This document shows, piece by piece, positions 39,115-48,878 of a DNA stretch of 64,000 nt (positions are counted from its first letter, which is position 1; each line of letters begins with the position of its first letter). Source of the stretch: Christensenellaceae bacterium. GTDB lineage: Bacteria; Bacillota; Clostridia; Christensenellales; Aristaeellaceae. Made by a program: the position numbers and the translations under genes. Under the pieces are notes generated by a model. That model ran no database searches and had not been told where the DNA came from. It saw nothing but the letters and a program-made list of their open reading frames with translations. The stretch spans positions 16,085-80,084 of the forward strand of contig JAAYRU010000004.1 in the NCBI GenBank assembly GCA_012518615.1, read 5' to 3'.

Positions 39115-39609
39115 TTATTTTCCTATATATTCGTCCTTAAAGTGGTTTTTTAATAGCTTTATCAGCGGTATGCCAAGCATATAGCATACTGCGGCTTCGC
39201 CTATGGCAACGCTTGCGGCTGTAGGCCAGAAGGGTATTCCGTTTACAAATGACAATACTGCCCCCACTATAAGCCCGTTTGAAAGCACGGGCATGAAAGC
39301 CGCAAGCCACATATGGCGCCTAAAAAAGCGCGTTCCCATAGCGGCTAATAGTGTTGCGATTGAGCCAAACACTATGTCCTGCCAAGGCGCGCCAGATATT
39401 AGGTTGCCCAGGAAGCAGCCAATAGTAAGCCCCGGTATGCTTGTTGGAAGCATAACCGGGAGCAAAGTAAGCGCCTCAGAAACCCTGAACTGTAGTACGC
39501 CAAAGCTTATAGGCGCTAGAAATACCGTGAGCGCGGCGTATACGCCGGCAATAATGCCGGCCATAGCCACATAGCTCAAAGTAGTTTTATTGTTGTTTAT
39601 AGATGCCAT
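39115..39609 (-). CDS. queT: QueT-family queuosine-precursor transporter S component
   Basis: 164 aa. LAPISFGVLQFRVSEALTLLPV and DIVFGSIATLLAA are QueT-like. The start overlaps the glgP 3' end by 13 nt. Confidence 0.8.
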   Translation of the reverse strand: MASINNNKTTLSYVAMAGIIAGVYAALTVFLAPISFGVLQFRVSEALTLLPVMLPTSIPGLTIGCFLGNLISGAPWQDIVFGSIATLLAAMGTRFFRRHMWLAAFMPVLSNGLIVGAVLSFVNGIPFWPTAASVAIGEAAVCYMLGIPLIKLLKNHFKDEYIGK

Positions 39610-42053
39610 ATCCTCTCGTTGTACTCCTGTATAGAGCGGTCGCTTGCGAAGAAGCCGCTCTTTGCGGTGTTTATTACCGCCTTCTTAAGCCAGGCATCCC
39701 TGTCCTTAAAGTCGCTATTTATGCGCCTTTGCGCCATGGAGTAGCTGCCAAAGTCCTTAAGCACAAAGAATGCATCGGCTCTGCCGCCGCGTACGCCAAA
39801 GAGCAGGTCATGGTACAGCCCCTGTATTATCGCGGGGTTATCCGGGAACAGCGTGCCGTCTATAATTTGGCTCATAGCCTTGCGTACCTCGGCATTGGCT
39901 TCGAAAATCGCCATTGGGTTATAACCGCCTTCTTGCACAAGGTTTTCAACAGTGTCCGCGCGCATACCGAAGATATAGATATTATCATCGCCAACCAGTT
40001 CGTGTATCTCAACATTGGCGCCGTCCATGGTGCCTATGGTTACCGCGCCGTTCATCATGAACTTCATATTGCCGGTTCCGCTTGCCTCATACCCTGCGGT
40101 TGAGAGCTGTTCGCTAATATCCGCAGCGGGCATAAGCGCTTCGGCGTAGGATACATCGTAGTTTTCAAGGAATAGAATCCTAAGCATTTTCCTTGCCCTA
40201 GGCGATGCGTCTATAAGCCTTGCTACTGCCAGTATAAAGCGGATAATCATCTTTGCCTTGGTATAGCCGGGGCTTGCCTTTGCGCCGAATATGAACACCC
40301 TTGGCTCCATAGTGAAGTTCGGGTCATCCATTATGCGGTTGTACAGCACCAGTATGTGCAGGGCATTTAACTTCTGCCTTTTATACTCATGCAGTCGTTT
40401 TACCTGTACATCGAATATGAAATCGGTGTCAAGCTCAAAGCCTTGCCTGTCCATTAGTACCTTGTTGAAGAATTCCTTGTTGTGCTGCTTAATCTTGTAA
40501 AATTCCGCGCGGAAAGCGGCATCATCAGCATAGGGGAGCAAATCCTCAAGCCTTTCGGGGGATTTAATCCATTTATCGCCTATGGTATCGGTGATGAGCT
40601 CTGTAAGCCGCGGGTTACATGCTATAAGCCAGCGCCTGTGCGTTATACCGTTAGTTATTGCGGTAAACTTTTCGGGCGACATCTTATAGTAATCGTTGAA
40701 TGTCTTTTTCTTTAATATATCGCCATGCAGTTGGCTTACGCCGTTAATGCAAAACGAGGTAGATACGCATAGGTTAGCCATGTGTACATAACCATAGGCT
40801 ATTATAGACATACTGGCAATGCGGTTCCAATCGCCGGGGTAGAAGTTCCAAAGCTTTTCGCCAAGGCGACGGTTTAGCTCTTCCAGTATCATGTATATGC
40901 GCGGGAGATAGTGCCTTACAAGCTCTACCGGCCATTTTTCAAGGGCTTCCGGCATTACCGTATGGTTGGTGTAGGCTATGCAGCGGGTTGTTATGTTCCA
41001 CGCTTCGTCCCATCCAAGGCCTTCCTCATCCACAAGTATACGCATAAGTTCCGGTATAGCAAAGCCGGGGTGCGTATCGTTAAGCTGGAATACTACCTTA
41101 TCGGGCAGAAGCCTAAAGTTTTTGCCGTTTCTTTTCTTGAAGTCATTTATGGCATATTGAAGCGAAGCGCTTACAAAGAAATAGCTTTGCTTAAGCCTGA
41201 GCGACTTACCCTCAAAGTGGTTGTCATCGGGATACAGTACCCTTGATATAGTTGCTGCCATGTCCTGCTCGCGCGAGGCTCTCTCATAGTCGCCTGAAGA
41301 AAATGCGCTCAGGTCAAAGCTTTCCTTGCTGCGGGCGCGCCACATGCGAAGGGTGTTTACAACTCCGTTATCAAAGCCTACTATTGGCATATCATAAGGC
41401 ATGGCTTCAACTACATTTCCGCCCTCTACGAAAAATACCATGCGACCATTTACTTCGTTTTCAACAACCTTGCCTTCGAAAACCACATCGCAGGCATCTT
41501 CCATACGGGCAACTTCCCATACATTGCCGTTTTCAAGCCAGTTGTCGGAAAGCTCTATCTGTTGGCCGCCCGATAGCTTCTGCCTGAAAAGACCGTATTC
41601 ATAGCGTATAGTGCAGCCCATGGCATGTAACCCAAGGCTAGACAAGCTGTCCATAAAACATGCCGCCAGGCGCCCTAAGCCGCCGTTGCCAAGACCGGGA
41701 TCCGCTTCTTCTTTTATAACATTGAACCATTCAAGCCCAAGCTCTGTAAGCGCCTGTGTAAATACTTCAGTGGCGCACATGTTGAGCGTGTTTGTATATA
41801 GGCTTCTGCCGAGCAAAAATTCTATGCACAGGTAGTAAAGGCGTTTTTCGTTGTTTTTTTTGTTCTTATTCCTGGTTGCCGTCCATTTTTCCATTATGTA
41901 GTCGCGAACCGTGGAAGCGACGGCATTATAAATCTGTTGCTTTGTGGCGGTCTCCAGTGTACGTCCGTTGTAGCGCTGAAGCTTTCCAATAATAGATTGC
42001 TTTATGCGCTCCTTGTCATAAGTGTCGGGCATTTGCGTGTGCAGTTCGTCCAA
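39597..42053 (-). CDS. glgP: Glycogen/starch/alpha-glucan phosphorylase
   Basis: 818 aa. GNGGLGRLAACF and EASGTGNMKFMMNG (PLP lysine region) motifs. Probable TTG start 9 nt after GGGAGG. Confidence 0.93.
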   Translation of the reverse strand: MDELHTQMPDTYDKERIKQSIIGKLQRYNGRTLETATKQQIYNAVASTVRDYIMEKWTATRNKNKKNNEKRLYYLCIEFLLGRSLYTNTLNMCATEVFTQALTELGLEWFNVIKEEADPGLGNGGLGRLAACFMDSLSSLGLHAMGCTIRYEYGLFRQKLSGGQQIELSDNWLENGNVWEVARMEDACDVVFEGKVVENEVNGRMVFFVEGGNVVEAMPYDMPIVGFDNGVVNTLRMWRARSKESFDLSAFSSGDYERASREQDMAATISRVLYPDDNHFEGKSLRLKQSYFFVSASLQYAINDFKKRNGKNFRLLPDKVVFQLNDTHPGFAIPELMRILVDEEGLGWDEAWNITTRCIAYTNHTVMPEALEKWPVELVRHYLPRIYMILEELNRRLGEKLWNFYPGDWNRIASMSIIAYGYVHMANLCVSTSFCINGVSQLHGDILKKKTFNDYYKMSPEKFTAITNGITHRRWLIACNPRLTELITDTIGDKWIKSPERLEDLLPYADDAAFRAEFYKIKQHNKEFFNKVLMDRQGFELDTDFIFDVQVKRLHEYKRQKLNALHILVLYNRIMDDPNFTMEPRVFIFGAKASPGYTKAKMIIRFILAVARLIDASPRARKMLRILFLENYDVSYAEALMPAADISEQLSTAGYEASGTGNMKFMMNGAVTIGTMDGANVEIHELVGDDNIYIFGMRADTVENLVQEGGYNPMAIFEANAEVRKAMSQIIDGTLFPDNPAIIQGLYHDLLFGVRGGRADAFFVLKDFGSYSMAQRRINSDFKDRDAWLKKAVINTAKSGFFASDRSIQEYNERIWHL

Positions 42054-42185
42054 AGCATTAATCCTCCCAAAAAAAAATTGCGAATGAATTATAACATGAT
42101 TTGTGTATATTCACAAGAAAGAGGGTGAGGAGCCTTGTGTATACTAGCTGTTTGCTTATTCGCTTTTCTCTTAAAATATTATCTA

Positions 42186-43145
42186 TTATTCGTTTTGCTC
42201 ATGTTTTTGAATGGCATCAGCATCAACGGATACCATATGGGTTTTAGCTAAATGTATCAAATCTTTTGCATAACGCGGAAGGTGGCTGCCTTTTCTGTAC
42301 GCGGCAACATATGTCCGGTATAAGGGCGGCGTGCCGAAAGAATATAGCGCAGGTAGATGCTTAAAGTGTGTGTGTCTTATATAGGCTTCCACAGTAAATG
42401 TAAGACCGAAGTTTTCAGATGCAAGAATACATGCATCTTCAATATTCCGGGTGTTGAAATATATTTCGGGATTTATTTGTTCTTTTGCAAAAACAGACAT
42501 TATAACATTATGTAATCTATAATCTTCTGATACCATAATAAACTTGTCATTCTTCGTGTCCTGTATATCTATCCATGGATATTTACAGCTTGGAATTTTA
42601 ATTGCTTTTTCCGAAATAGGGTTCTTTGTTGAAGCTGCGATTAATACTTTCTCTTTGCCCAGCTCTTTATACTCAATTTTAGGGCTTAGTATAGGTAGGC
42701 ATAAAAATGCCAAATCAAGTTCGCCTGATAACAACAAATTCTCGAAATGTTTGGTACTGGCTTCTACCAGTTTTAATTTAATGTTTGGATGTAATGTGGC
42801 AAAGGTTTGTACTATGTCAAGAACCATTTTGCTTCCTCTAATAGATGAAAAGCCTACTCTAAGAAACGCTTCCTTTGATTTGTCAATATGTGCCAGCTCT
42901 TGGTCCATATCCTTTTTAATGTTTAATATTTCATTTGCATACCAAAGATATCGCTCTCCTGCGTAGGTTAAGATAAATTTTTTACCAACACGGTTGAACA
43001 GCTTCTGCCCAAGCAATTCTTCTGTTTGTTTAACAAACTTGCTTAATGTAGGCTGCGTTATATACAGCGCTTCGGCAGCCTTTGTTAGAGATTGATGCTG
43101 CGCGATTGCAACCATATACTGTAAATCACGAAAATCCATAAACAC
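42186..43145 (-). CDS. LysR-family transcriptional regulator
   Basis: 319 aa. N-terminal wHTH (LQYMVAIAQHQSLTKAAEALYITQPTLSKFVKQTEE). Divergent from the tctCBA cluster. Confidence 0.9.
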   Translation of the reverse strand: MFMDFRDLQYMVAIAQHQSLTKAAEALYITQPTLSKFVKQTEELLGQKLFNRVGKKFILTYAGERYLWYANEILNIKKDMDQELAHIDKSKEAFLRVGFSSIRGSKMVLDIVQTFATLHPNIKLKLVEASTKHFENLLLSGELDLAFLCLPILSPKIEYKELGKEKVLIAASTKNPISEKAIKIPSCKYPWIDIQDTKNDKFIMVSEDYRLHNVIMSVFAKEQINPEIYFNTRNIEDACILASENFGLTFTVEAYIRHTHFKHLPALYSFGTPPLYRTYVAAYRKGSHLPRYAKDLIHLAKTHMVSVDADAIQKHEQNE

Positions 43146-43303
43146 CTCTTCATAGCTTTTTAGAATTGAAGCTTAATAAAAAACTCGCTTAATTTTGTAT
43201 GTTATTATACCATAGATTACCCAACTATTCCAATTGGCTATGAAAAACATTATTTATTTGTATTTTTGTATTGTCTGGTTACATGCTATAATCTAATCAG
43301 CGC

Positions 43304-43319
43304 ATGTATAGATATACAT
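43304..43319. promoter_or_regulatory. Perfect palindrome, candidate LysR-type operator
   Basis: ATGTATA-GA-TATACAT lies in the divergent LysR/tctC intergenic region. It sits just downstream of a TGC-TATAAT extended -10 (43286-43291) and about 40 nt before the tctC start. Confidence 0.35.
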
Positions 43320-43357
43320 ATACATTGACGAAAAAAATATGATATGGAGGGATCACT

Positions 43358-44344
43358 ATGAGAAAATCTCTGGCGTTACTATTAGTTGTACTATTGCTTC
43401 TATCGCAAGTGGCAATGGCTGAAACGGTTACCGCGGACAGGGAATGGCTAAAAGGAAACACCATCTTTATTGTCGTTCCTTTTAAGGCCGGCGGCAGCCT
43501 AGACTTGATGGTGCGGACTTTCTTACCTTACTGGGAAGAAACATCAGGCGCGACATTCGTTGTTGACAACCGCGAAGGCGCCTATACCCAAATTGGAACA
43601 ACATTGTTCTTTACAATGAAACAGGACATGCAGAACCTTTACGCTGGAACGCAAACATTTTTAAGCGGCAATATTATCAATGGAGCATCATACTCTATTG
43701 ATGATTTTGCTCTTATTAATATGCAGCAAATGGACCCCACAACGCTTACGGTTCTAAAGAGTTCACCTTACACCACAATCCAAGAGCTGCTTGACGGCAT
43801 GAAAGCAAACCCCGGAAAGATTAAATGCGGCATGACGGCAGGAGGCGCTGGCGAAATCTTGCTTAGTATTTTAGAAAAAGAATATGGTCTTGATTTTAAA
43901 ATCATCACATATGACAGCGGTAATGACTTTAGAACCGCACTATTAGGCGGGCATGTCGACTTTATCACAGGCTCAGCAAATGGCGACCTTGGCCTTGGCG
44001 ATGAGGGAAGACCCTTGGTTGTATGCGGCAGCGAACGGAATCAAATTTGGCCCGATACTCCCTGCACGGAAGAAATATGGCCGGAGCTTAATATCCCCTC
44101 TTCTTTCGGTTCCTGCCGTTTCATTGGAACGAGCGCAGTTGCTGCCAAGGATTATCCTGAGCGTTTCCAGGCACTAGTTGAAACATATGAAGAAGCTTTT
44201 AATAATCCGGATTATCAAAAAGTTTTGGAAACAAATGGTCAGCTTTATGTTTCCGCCTATTACGGTCCTGAAGAGTCCGACAGGTTAAACCTCACATTGC
44301 ATGAGTTAGTAGAAGCCAATAAGGATGTCTTGATGGACAATTAA
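43358..44344 (+). CDS. tctC: Tripartite tricarboxylate transporter substrate-binding protein
   Basis: 328 aa with a signal peptide. Bug/TctC-like (PFKAGGSLDLMVR). Followed by tctB and tctA. Confidence 0.85.
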   Translation: MRKSLALLLVVLLLLSQVAMAETVTADREWLKGNTIFIVVPFKAGGSLDLMVRTFLPYWEETSGATFVVDNREGAYTQIGTTLFFTMKQDMQNLYAGTQTFLSGNIINGASYSIDDFALINMQQMDPTTLTVLKSSPYTTIQELLDGMKANPGKIKCGMTAGGAGEILLSILEKEYGLDFKIITYDSGNDFRTALLGGHVDFITGSANGDLGLGDEGRPLVVCGSERNQIWPDTPCTEEIWPELNIPSSFGSCRFIGTSAVAAKDYPERFQALVETYEEAFNNPDYQKVLETNGQLYVSAYYGPEESDRLNLTLHELVEANKDVLMDN

Positions 44345-44354
44345 TGCCAAATTA

Positions 44355-44388
44355 CGCCTGCCTGTCAAACAGGCAGGCGAATTTTATT
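44355..44388 (+). terminator. Intercistronic hairpin/attenuator after tctC
   Basis: Perfect 11-bp stem CGCCTGCCTGT-CAA-ACAGGCAGGCG followed by AATTTTATT. Lies between the tctC stop and the tctB start at 44407. Confidence 0.6.
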
Positions 44389-44406
44389 AGAAGAAAGAGG
44401 ATAGAT

Positions 44407-44898
44407 ATGATAAAAGCATATTTAAAAAAGATGGTTTTGTCGACTGTAGTAATGGCTTGGTCTACTATGTACTATATAGAATGTCTGGGCTACAGCCTTA
44501 AAAGCCGTCGATTGATACAGATGGTTTATTTCATGATGCTGGGTTTATATATTATCAACGGTATTACAGACTATATAGAAACCAAGAAAGAATGGTCTAA
44601 AAAAGCCGATTCTAAAGACAGCGCCAAGTCTGAAAAAACAAGCTCTGATATTCTTGCAATGCTTAAAGAGAATAAAGCTGTTTTGCTATTTGCAACATTA
44701 ATATTGTATGTTTTAGGGCTTGATTTCCTCGGCTTTATTATTACGACATTTATCTGTTGCGTAATTATATTGCTTGTCATGGGTGAACGCAGAATACCCA
44801 TGTTGATAGGTATGCCGATTGGCTTAGTAGTAATATTGTTTCTCATATTCAAGGTGGGCTTAAATGTTCCGTTGCCCACTGGAATACTTGGAGTATAA
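44407..44898 (+). CDS. tctB: Tripartite tricarboxylate transporter small membrane subunit
   Basis: Start MIKAYLKKM after AGAAAGAGG. Four predicted TM segments. The track start at 44344 would run through the hairpin and was rejected. Confidence 0.72.
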   Translation: MIKAYLKKMVLSTVVMAWSTMYYIECLGYSLKSRRLIQMVYFMMLGLYIINGITDYIETKKEWSKKADSKDSAKSEKTSSDILAMLKENKAVLLFATLILYVLGLDFLGFIITTFICCVIILLVMGERRIPMLIGMPIGLVVILFLIFKVGLNVPLPTGILGV

Positions 44899-44909
44899 AG
44901 GAGAATATT

Positions 44910-46388
44910 ATGGAATATTTCTTGTTGGGTTTTAAAACAATATTTAGCGGTATGTATTTACTATACATGTTCGCGGGTGTTTCACTCGGCTTAATACTAG
45001 GTGCGCTTCCGGGTCTTACAGGAAGCCTTGGTATAGCTTTGATGCTGCCGTTTACCTATCACATGGAGCCATTAACGGCGCTGGTTTTCCTTCTTTCCAT
45101 ATACACGGGTGGACTATTTGGCGGCGCTATTACAGCGATAGTTATAAACACCCCCGGCTCCAGCGCAAACCTTGTAACCATGCTTGACGGTTACCCTATG
45201 ACGCGGCGGGGTGAAGCCGGGCGCGCCTTAGGGCTTGCTCTTGGAGCGTCATTCTGCGGCGGCGTTATAGGATGTGTTTTCCTTACCCTAGCAACTGAAA
45301 CCATGGCAAATGTAAGCCTTAAGTTTGGACCTGGCGAAATGTTTATGGTTGTATTCTTTGGTCTTACAGCTGTTGGAAGTTTGGCTAAAAACCCCCTAAA
45401 GAGTATTTTTGCCGGCCTCTTTGGCGTAATGCTGGGAACCATTGGCATGGCAAGCACGGGAACAATAAGAGGAACTTACGGAATGGTGCCCCTAATGGAT
45501 GGAGTTCCCATGATTCCGGCGCTTATAGGCTTCCTTGCGCTACCTGAGATTATTACCCTTGCAAGCTCCAATCAAACAGTAGATGTTTCAAATACTAGTA
45601 ATATAGGAATAAAAGCGATTGTGCGCGGAATAAAAGAAGTTTTCCTTCACCCGATACAGGTTGTTCTTACATCAATACTTGGTGTTGTTGTAGGCATTAT
45701 CCCTGCTGCGGGCGCATCTGTTGCAAGTGTCCTTTCTTACAATTTATCAAAACAGGCAATGAAGGATAAAGAGTTCGGTACAGGTATACCGGAAGGTATA
45801 ATTGGCGCGGAAACCGCAAACAACGCCTCTGAAGGCGGCGCGTTATCTACGCTGTTTGTGCTGGGCATTCCCGGCTCAAACTCTACAGCAATGTTGCTGG
45901 GCGCATTGGTATTGCAAGGCTGGAGCCCTGGGCCCAAACTGTTTATAGACCATAAGGATGTTATCTATCAGGCCTTCTCTTCATTGTTCGTTCAACAGTT
46001 TGTTATGCTTCTGCTCGCTGCAATCCTTTGCGCTTTTGCAACTTACATAATAAAAGTACCTAACAAATATCTCGTTCCTTTTGTAATCATGTTCACCTTG
46101 GTAGGTTCTTTCTCAAACCGTTATCTTACATTTGACATGGGGCTCATGGTTCTGTTTGGAATTCTAGGTCTCTTGATGAGAAAGGCGGATTTCCCAATAA
46201 TGCCGCTTATACTGGGTATTTTACTTGGCGGCAATGCAGACAGCGAACTATTGCGAATACACCAAAGCTACGATAGTTTCTTTGAAATTTTCCAGAGCCC
46301 TATCGTTATAGTGCTTGCTGCTATTAGTGTTTTCTCTATAGTAGCGCCCTTGGTTTCTCATTGGCGTAAGGAAAAAGCAGAAAACTGA
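44910..46388 (+). CDS. tctA: Tripartite tricarboxylate transporter large permease
   Basis: 492 aa polytopic protein, TctA-like (GALPGLTGSLGIALMLPFT...). Confidence 0.9.
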   Translation: MEYFLLGFKTIFSGMYLLYMFAGVSLGLILGALPGLTGSLGIALMLPFTYHMEPLTALVFLLSIYTGGLFGGAITAIVINTPGSSANLVTMLDGYPMTRRGEAGRALGLALGASFCGGVIGCVFLTLATETMANVSLKFGPGEMFMVVFFGLTAVGSLAKNPLKSIFAGLFGVMLGTIGMASTGTIRGTYGMVPLMDGVPMIPALIGFLALPEIITLASSNQTVDVSNTSNIGIKAIVRGIKEVFLHPIQVVLTSILGVVVGIIPAAGASVASVLSYNLSKQAMKDKEFGTGIPEGIIGAETANNASEGGALSTLFVLGIPGSNSTAMLLGALVLQGWSPGPKLFIDHKDVIYQAFSSLFVQQFVMLLLAAILCAFATYIIKVPNKYLVPFVIMFTLVGSFSNRYLTFDMGLMVLFGILGLLMRKADFPIMPLILGILLGGNADSELLRIHQSYDSFFEIFQSPIVIVLAAISVFSIVAPLVSHWRKEKAEN

Positions 46389-46408
46389 ACATCTGAAAGA
46401 GAGCAAAT

Positions 46409-48697
46409 ATGAAAAAGTGGGATAAAGGCGTATTCCTTATTGATGGGCGGCAACTGGTCCTAAAAGGCGATGAATATAAAACTCCGGAAATGCAGAGGTT
46501 TTCAGAGGAAGAGCTACAGTCCGCCCATCAGAATACTATTGCCTATGGAATTTTGTCTAAGCATAATACATCAAACTCCATGGAGAACCTCCAGATAAAG
46601 TTTGATGCACTGGTAGGACAGGATATGACATACATGGGGGTTTTACAAACCGCAATAGCAAGCGGCGTTGGCGATTTCCCCATCCCCTTTGTATTGTCAA
46701 GCTGCCATAATGCGCTTTGCTATAACGACGGAACCAGCAATGAGGACGACCACCTCTTTGCGATTGGAGCCGCTAAAAAGTACGGCGCAATATATCTTCC
46801 GACCCACCTTGCCGTTATGCATCAGTTTATGCGTGAAAGATACGCGGGCGGCGGAAAGATGATACTTGGCGCGGACAGCCATACGCGTTATGGAGCCCTA
46901 GGCACGATTGCCACCGGTGAAGGTGGCGGAGAACTTGTTAAACAGCTTCTGGGAAGGACATATGATATTTCATATCCAAAAACAGTACTAGTGTACCTTT
47001 CCGGCAAACCTGTTCCCGGCGTTGGACCGCAGGATGTAGCTATAGCTTTAATCGGAGCTGTGTTTAAGGATGGCTTTGTAAAGAACTGCACATTAGAGTT
47101 TTGCGGTCCCGGCGTAAAAAGCCTAAGCGTTGATTTCCGCAATGGAATTGATGTTATGACTACGGAATCTTCAGCCATGTTCTCTATATGGGAAACGGAT
47201 GAAGCGGTAGAAGAATGGCTTGCAATACATGGTCGTAAAGAAGATTATGTACACTTAACACCCGGCAGCCTTGCATACTACGATAAACTTATAGAAATTA
47301 AACTTGACGATATACGCCCAATGATTGCGCTGCCTTTCCACCCGAGCAATGCTTATACAATTGAAGAGTTAAATGAAAACTTAGAAGATATTCTCCATAT
47401 AACGGAGCAAGAGTGCAACCGGCAAATGGAGGAGTTCGGTCTTAAGGTTGACTTGTTGTCTAAAATCGATAACGGACGGCTTAAGGTTGACCAAGGCGTA
47501 ATTGCGGGCTGCGCAGGCGGGCTTTTTGAAAACATAAGTAAAGCTGCCGATATTCTAAAAGGCAGGGGTATAAACAACCAAGGTTATAACCTTAATATAT
47601 ATCCGGCTAGCCAGCCAGTACTCTATGAGGTTATTGAGCATAAAATAGCGCAGATAATACTTCAGTCCGGCGCTAACTTGCGCAGCGCGTTCTGCGGACC
47701 CTGCTTTGGCGCGGGAGATATCCCCTTTAACGGTGGTTTCTCAATAAGGCATACTACTAGAAACTTCTCAAACCGTGAAGGTTCTCTACCGGGTAAAGGT
47801 CAAATGGCTTCCGTCGCGCTCATGGATTCGTTAAGCATTGCGGCAACATCGGTAAACGATGGCTACTTAACACCTGCAACGGAGTATCTGGGTAACTATA
47901 CAAAATATAATTACCAATACAACGCGAAAATATATGAAGAAAGAGTGCTGGATTGTTATAAAAACGCTAATCCTGATGAGGTTATAATAAAAGGCCCCGG
48001 TATAGGCGACATTCCCGATATACCGGAATTAAAAGAAAATCTCCTGCTCAAATGCACTGCTTTCATTACAGACCCTGTAACAACAACGGATGAACTAATC
48101 CCTAACGCTGAAAGCGCGTCATACAGGTCTAACTTTGAAAAAATTGCAGACTTTACATTATCCGCCAAAGTACCGGAATATGTAGGGCGTTGCAAACTAA
48201 TCAGAGAGTGGCAGAAAACATTGCAATCAGGCGGTAATCCGCTGGAAAATAATCCGGATTTGCAGGCAGCCATAGATTCTATAAGAAAAAATTCACTTGA
48301 CTTTGATGAAAAATCACTGTGTATAGGCAGCGTTCTATACGCAAACCGCCCCGGAGATGGTTCAGCGCGCGAGTACGCAGCATCAAACCAGAAGATATTG
48401 GGCGGCTGGGCGAATATATGTAAGCAGTTCGCGACAAAGCGCTATCGCTCCAACCTGATTAACTGGGGAGTATTGCCCTTTACAACGGAAGAAGAAATGT
48501 ATTTTGGCGTAGGCGATTATATCTATATCCCCGCGATTCGCTCACAATTGCTTGAAGGTAAAGAAAAGATTGTTGCGTATCATCTAAAAGGAGATGAAGC
48601 TGAAAAGCTTACGCTTTCCCTTGATGAGCTTACCGATAAAGAACGTATAATCATCGCTGAAGGTTGTTTGATTAACTATTACAAAAAAGGGCATTAA
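46409..48697 (+). CDS. Aconitase-family [4Fe-4S] hydratase
   Basis: 762 aa. GADSHT motif and cluster cysteines (IAGCAGG; FCGPCFGAG). A C-terminal swivel-like domain is present. Confidence 0.82.
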   Translation: MKKWDKGVFLIDGRQLVLKGDEYKTPEMQRFSEEELQSAHQNTIAYGILSKHNTSNSMENLQIKFDALVGQDMTYMGVLQTAIASGVGDFPIPFVLSSCHNALCYNDGTSNEDDHLFAIGAAKKYGAIYLPTHLAVMHQFMRERYAGGGKMILGADSHTRYGALGTIATGEGGGELVKQLLGRTYDISYPKTVLVYLSGKPVPGVGPQDVAIALIGAVFKDGFVKNCTLEFCGPGVKSLSVDFRNGIDVMTTESSAMFSIWETDEAVEEWLAIHGRKEDYVHLTPGSLAYYDKLIEIKLDDIRPMIALPFHPSNAYTIEELNENLEDILHITEQECNRQMEEFGLKVDLLSKIDNGRLKVDQGVIAGCAGGLFENISKAADILKGRGINNQGYNLNIYPASQPVLYEVIEHKIAQIILQSGANLRSAFCGPCFGAGDIPFNGGFSIRHTTRNFSNREGSLPGKGQMASVALMDSLSIAATSVNDGYLTPATEYLGNYTKYNYQYNAKIYEERVLDCYKNANPDEVIIKGPGIGDIPDIPELKENLLLKCTAFITDPVTTTDELIPNAESASYRSNFEKIADFTLSAKVPEYVGRCKLIREWQKTLQSGGNPLENNPDLQAAIDSIRKNSLDFDEKSLCIGSVLYANRPGDGSAREYAASNQKILGGWANICKQFATKRYRSNLINWGVLPFTTEEEMYFGVGDYIYIPAIRSQLLEGKEKIVAYHLKGDEAEKLTLSLDELTDKERIIIAEGCLINYYKKGH

Positions 48698-48698
48698 T

Positions 48699-48858
48699 AT
48701 ACTATGTTGCTTTTAGAACAGCGATTTTATTGTAGCGGTTTTTTCGGTTTGGCTAAGCATTGCGAATCAGGCATAGTGGACCCTATGCCGACTGAGCAAG
48801 GCAAAGCCAAATTGGAAAAGACGCACAAGAAAACGCTGGGGTAAAGGCAACATGGTAT
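48699..48858. repeat. Imperfect-palindromic intergenic element, copy B (160 bp)
   Basis: The ends ATACTATGTTGCTTTT / AAAGGCAACATGGTAT are inverted complements (14 of 16). Apical hairpin GGCATAG-TGGACC-CTATGCC. The centre is homologous to copy A. It starts 2 nt after the aconitase-family stop and ends 20 nt before the citF-like start. Confidence 0.6.
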
Positions 48859-48878
48859 AAAAAACAGGAGGACCAAAA

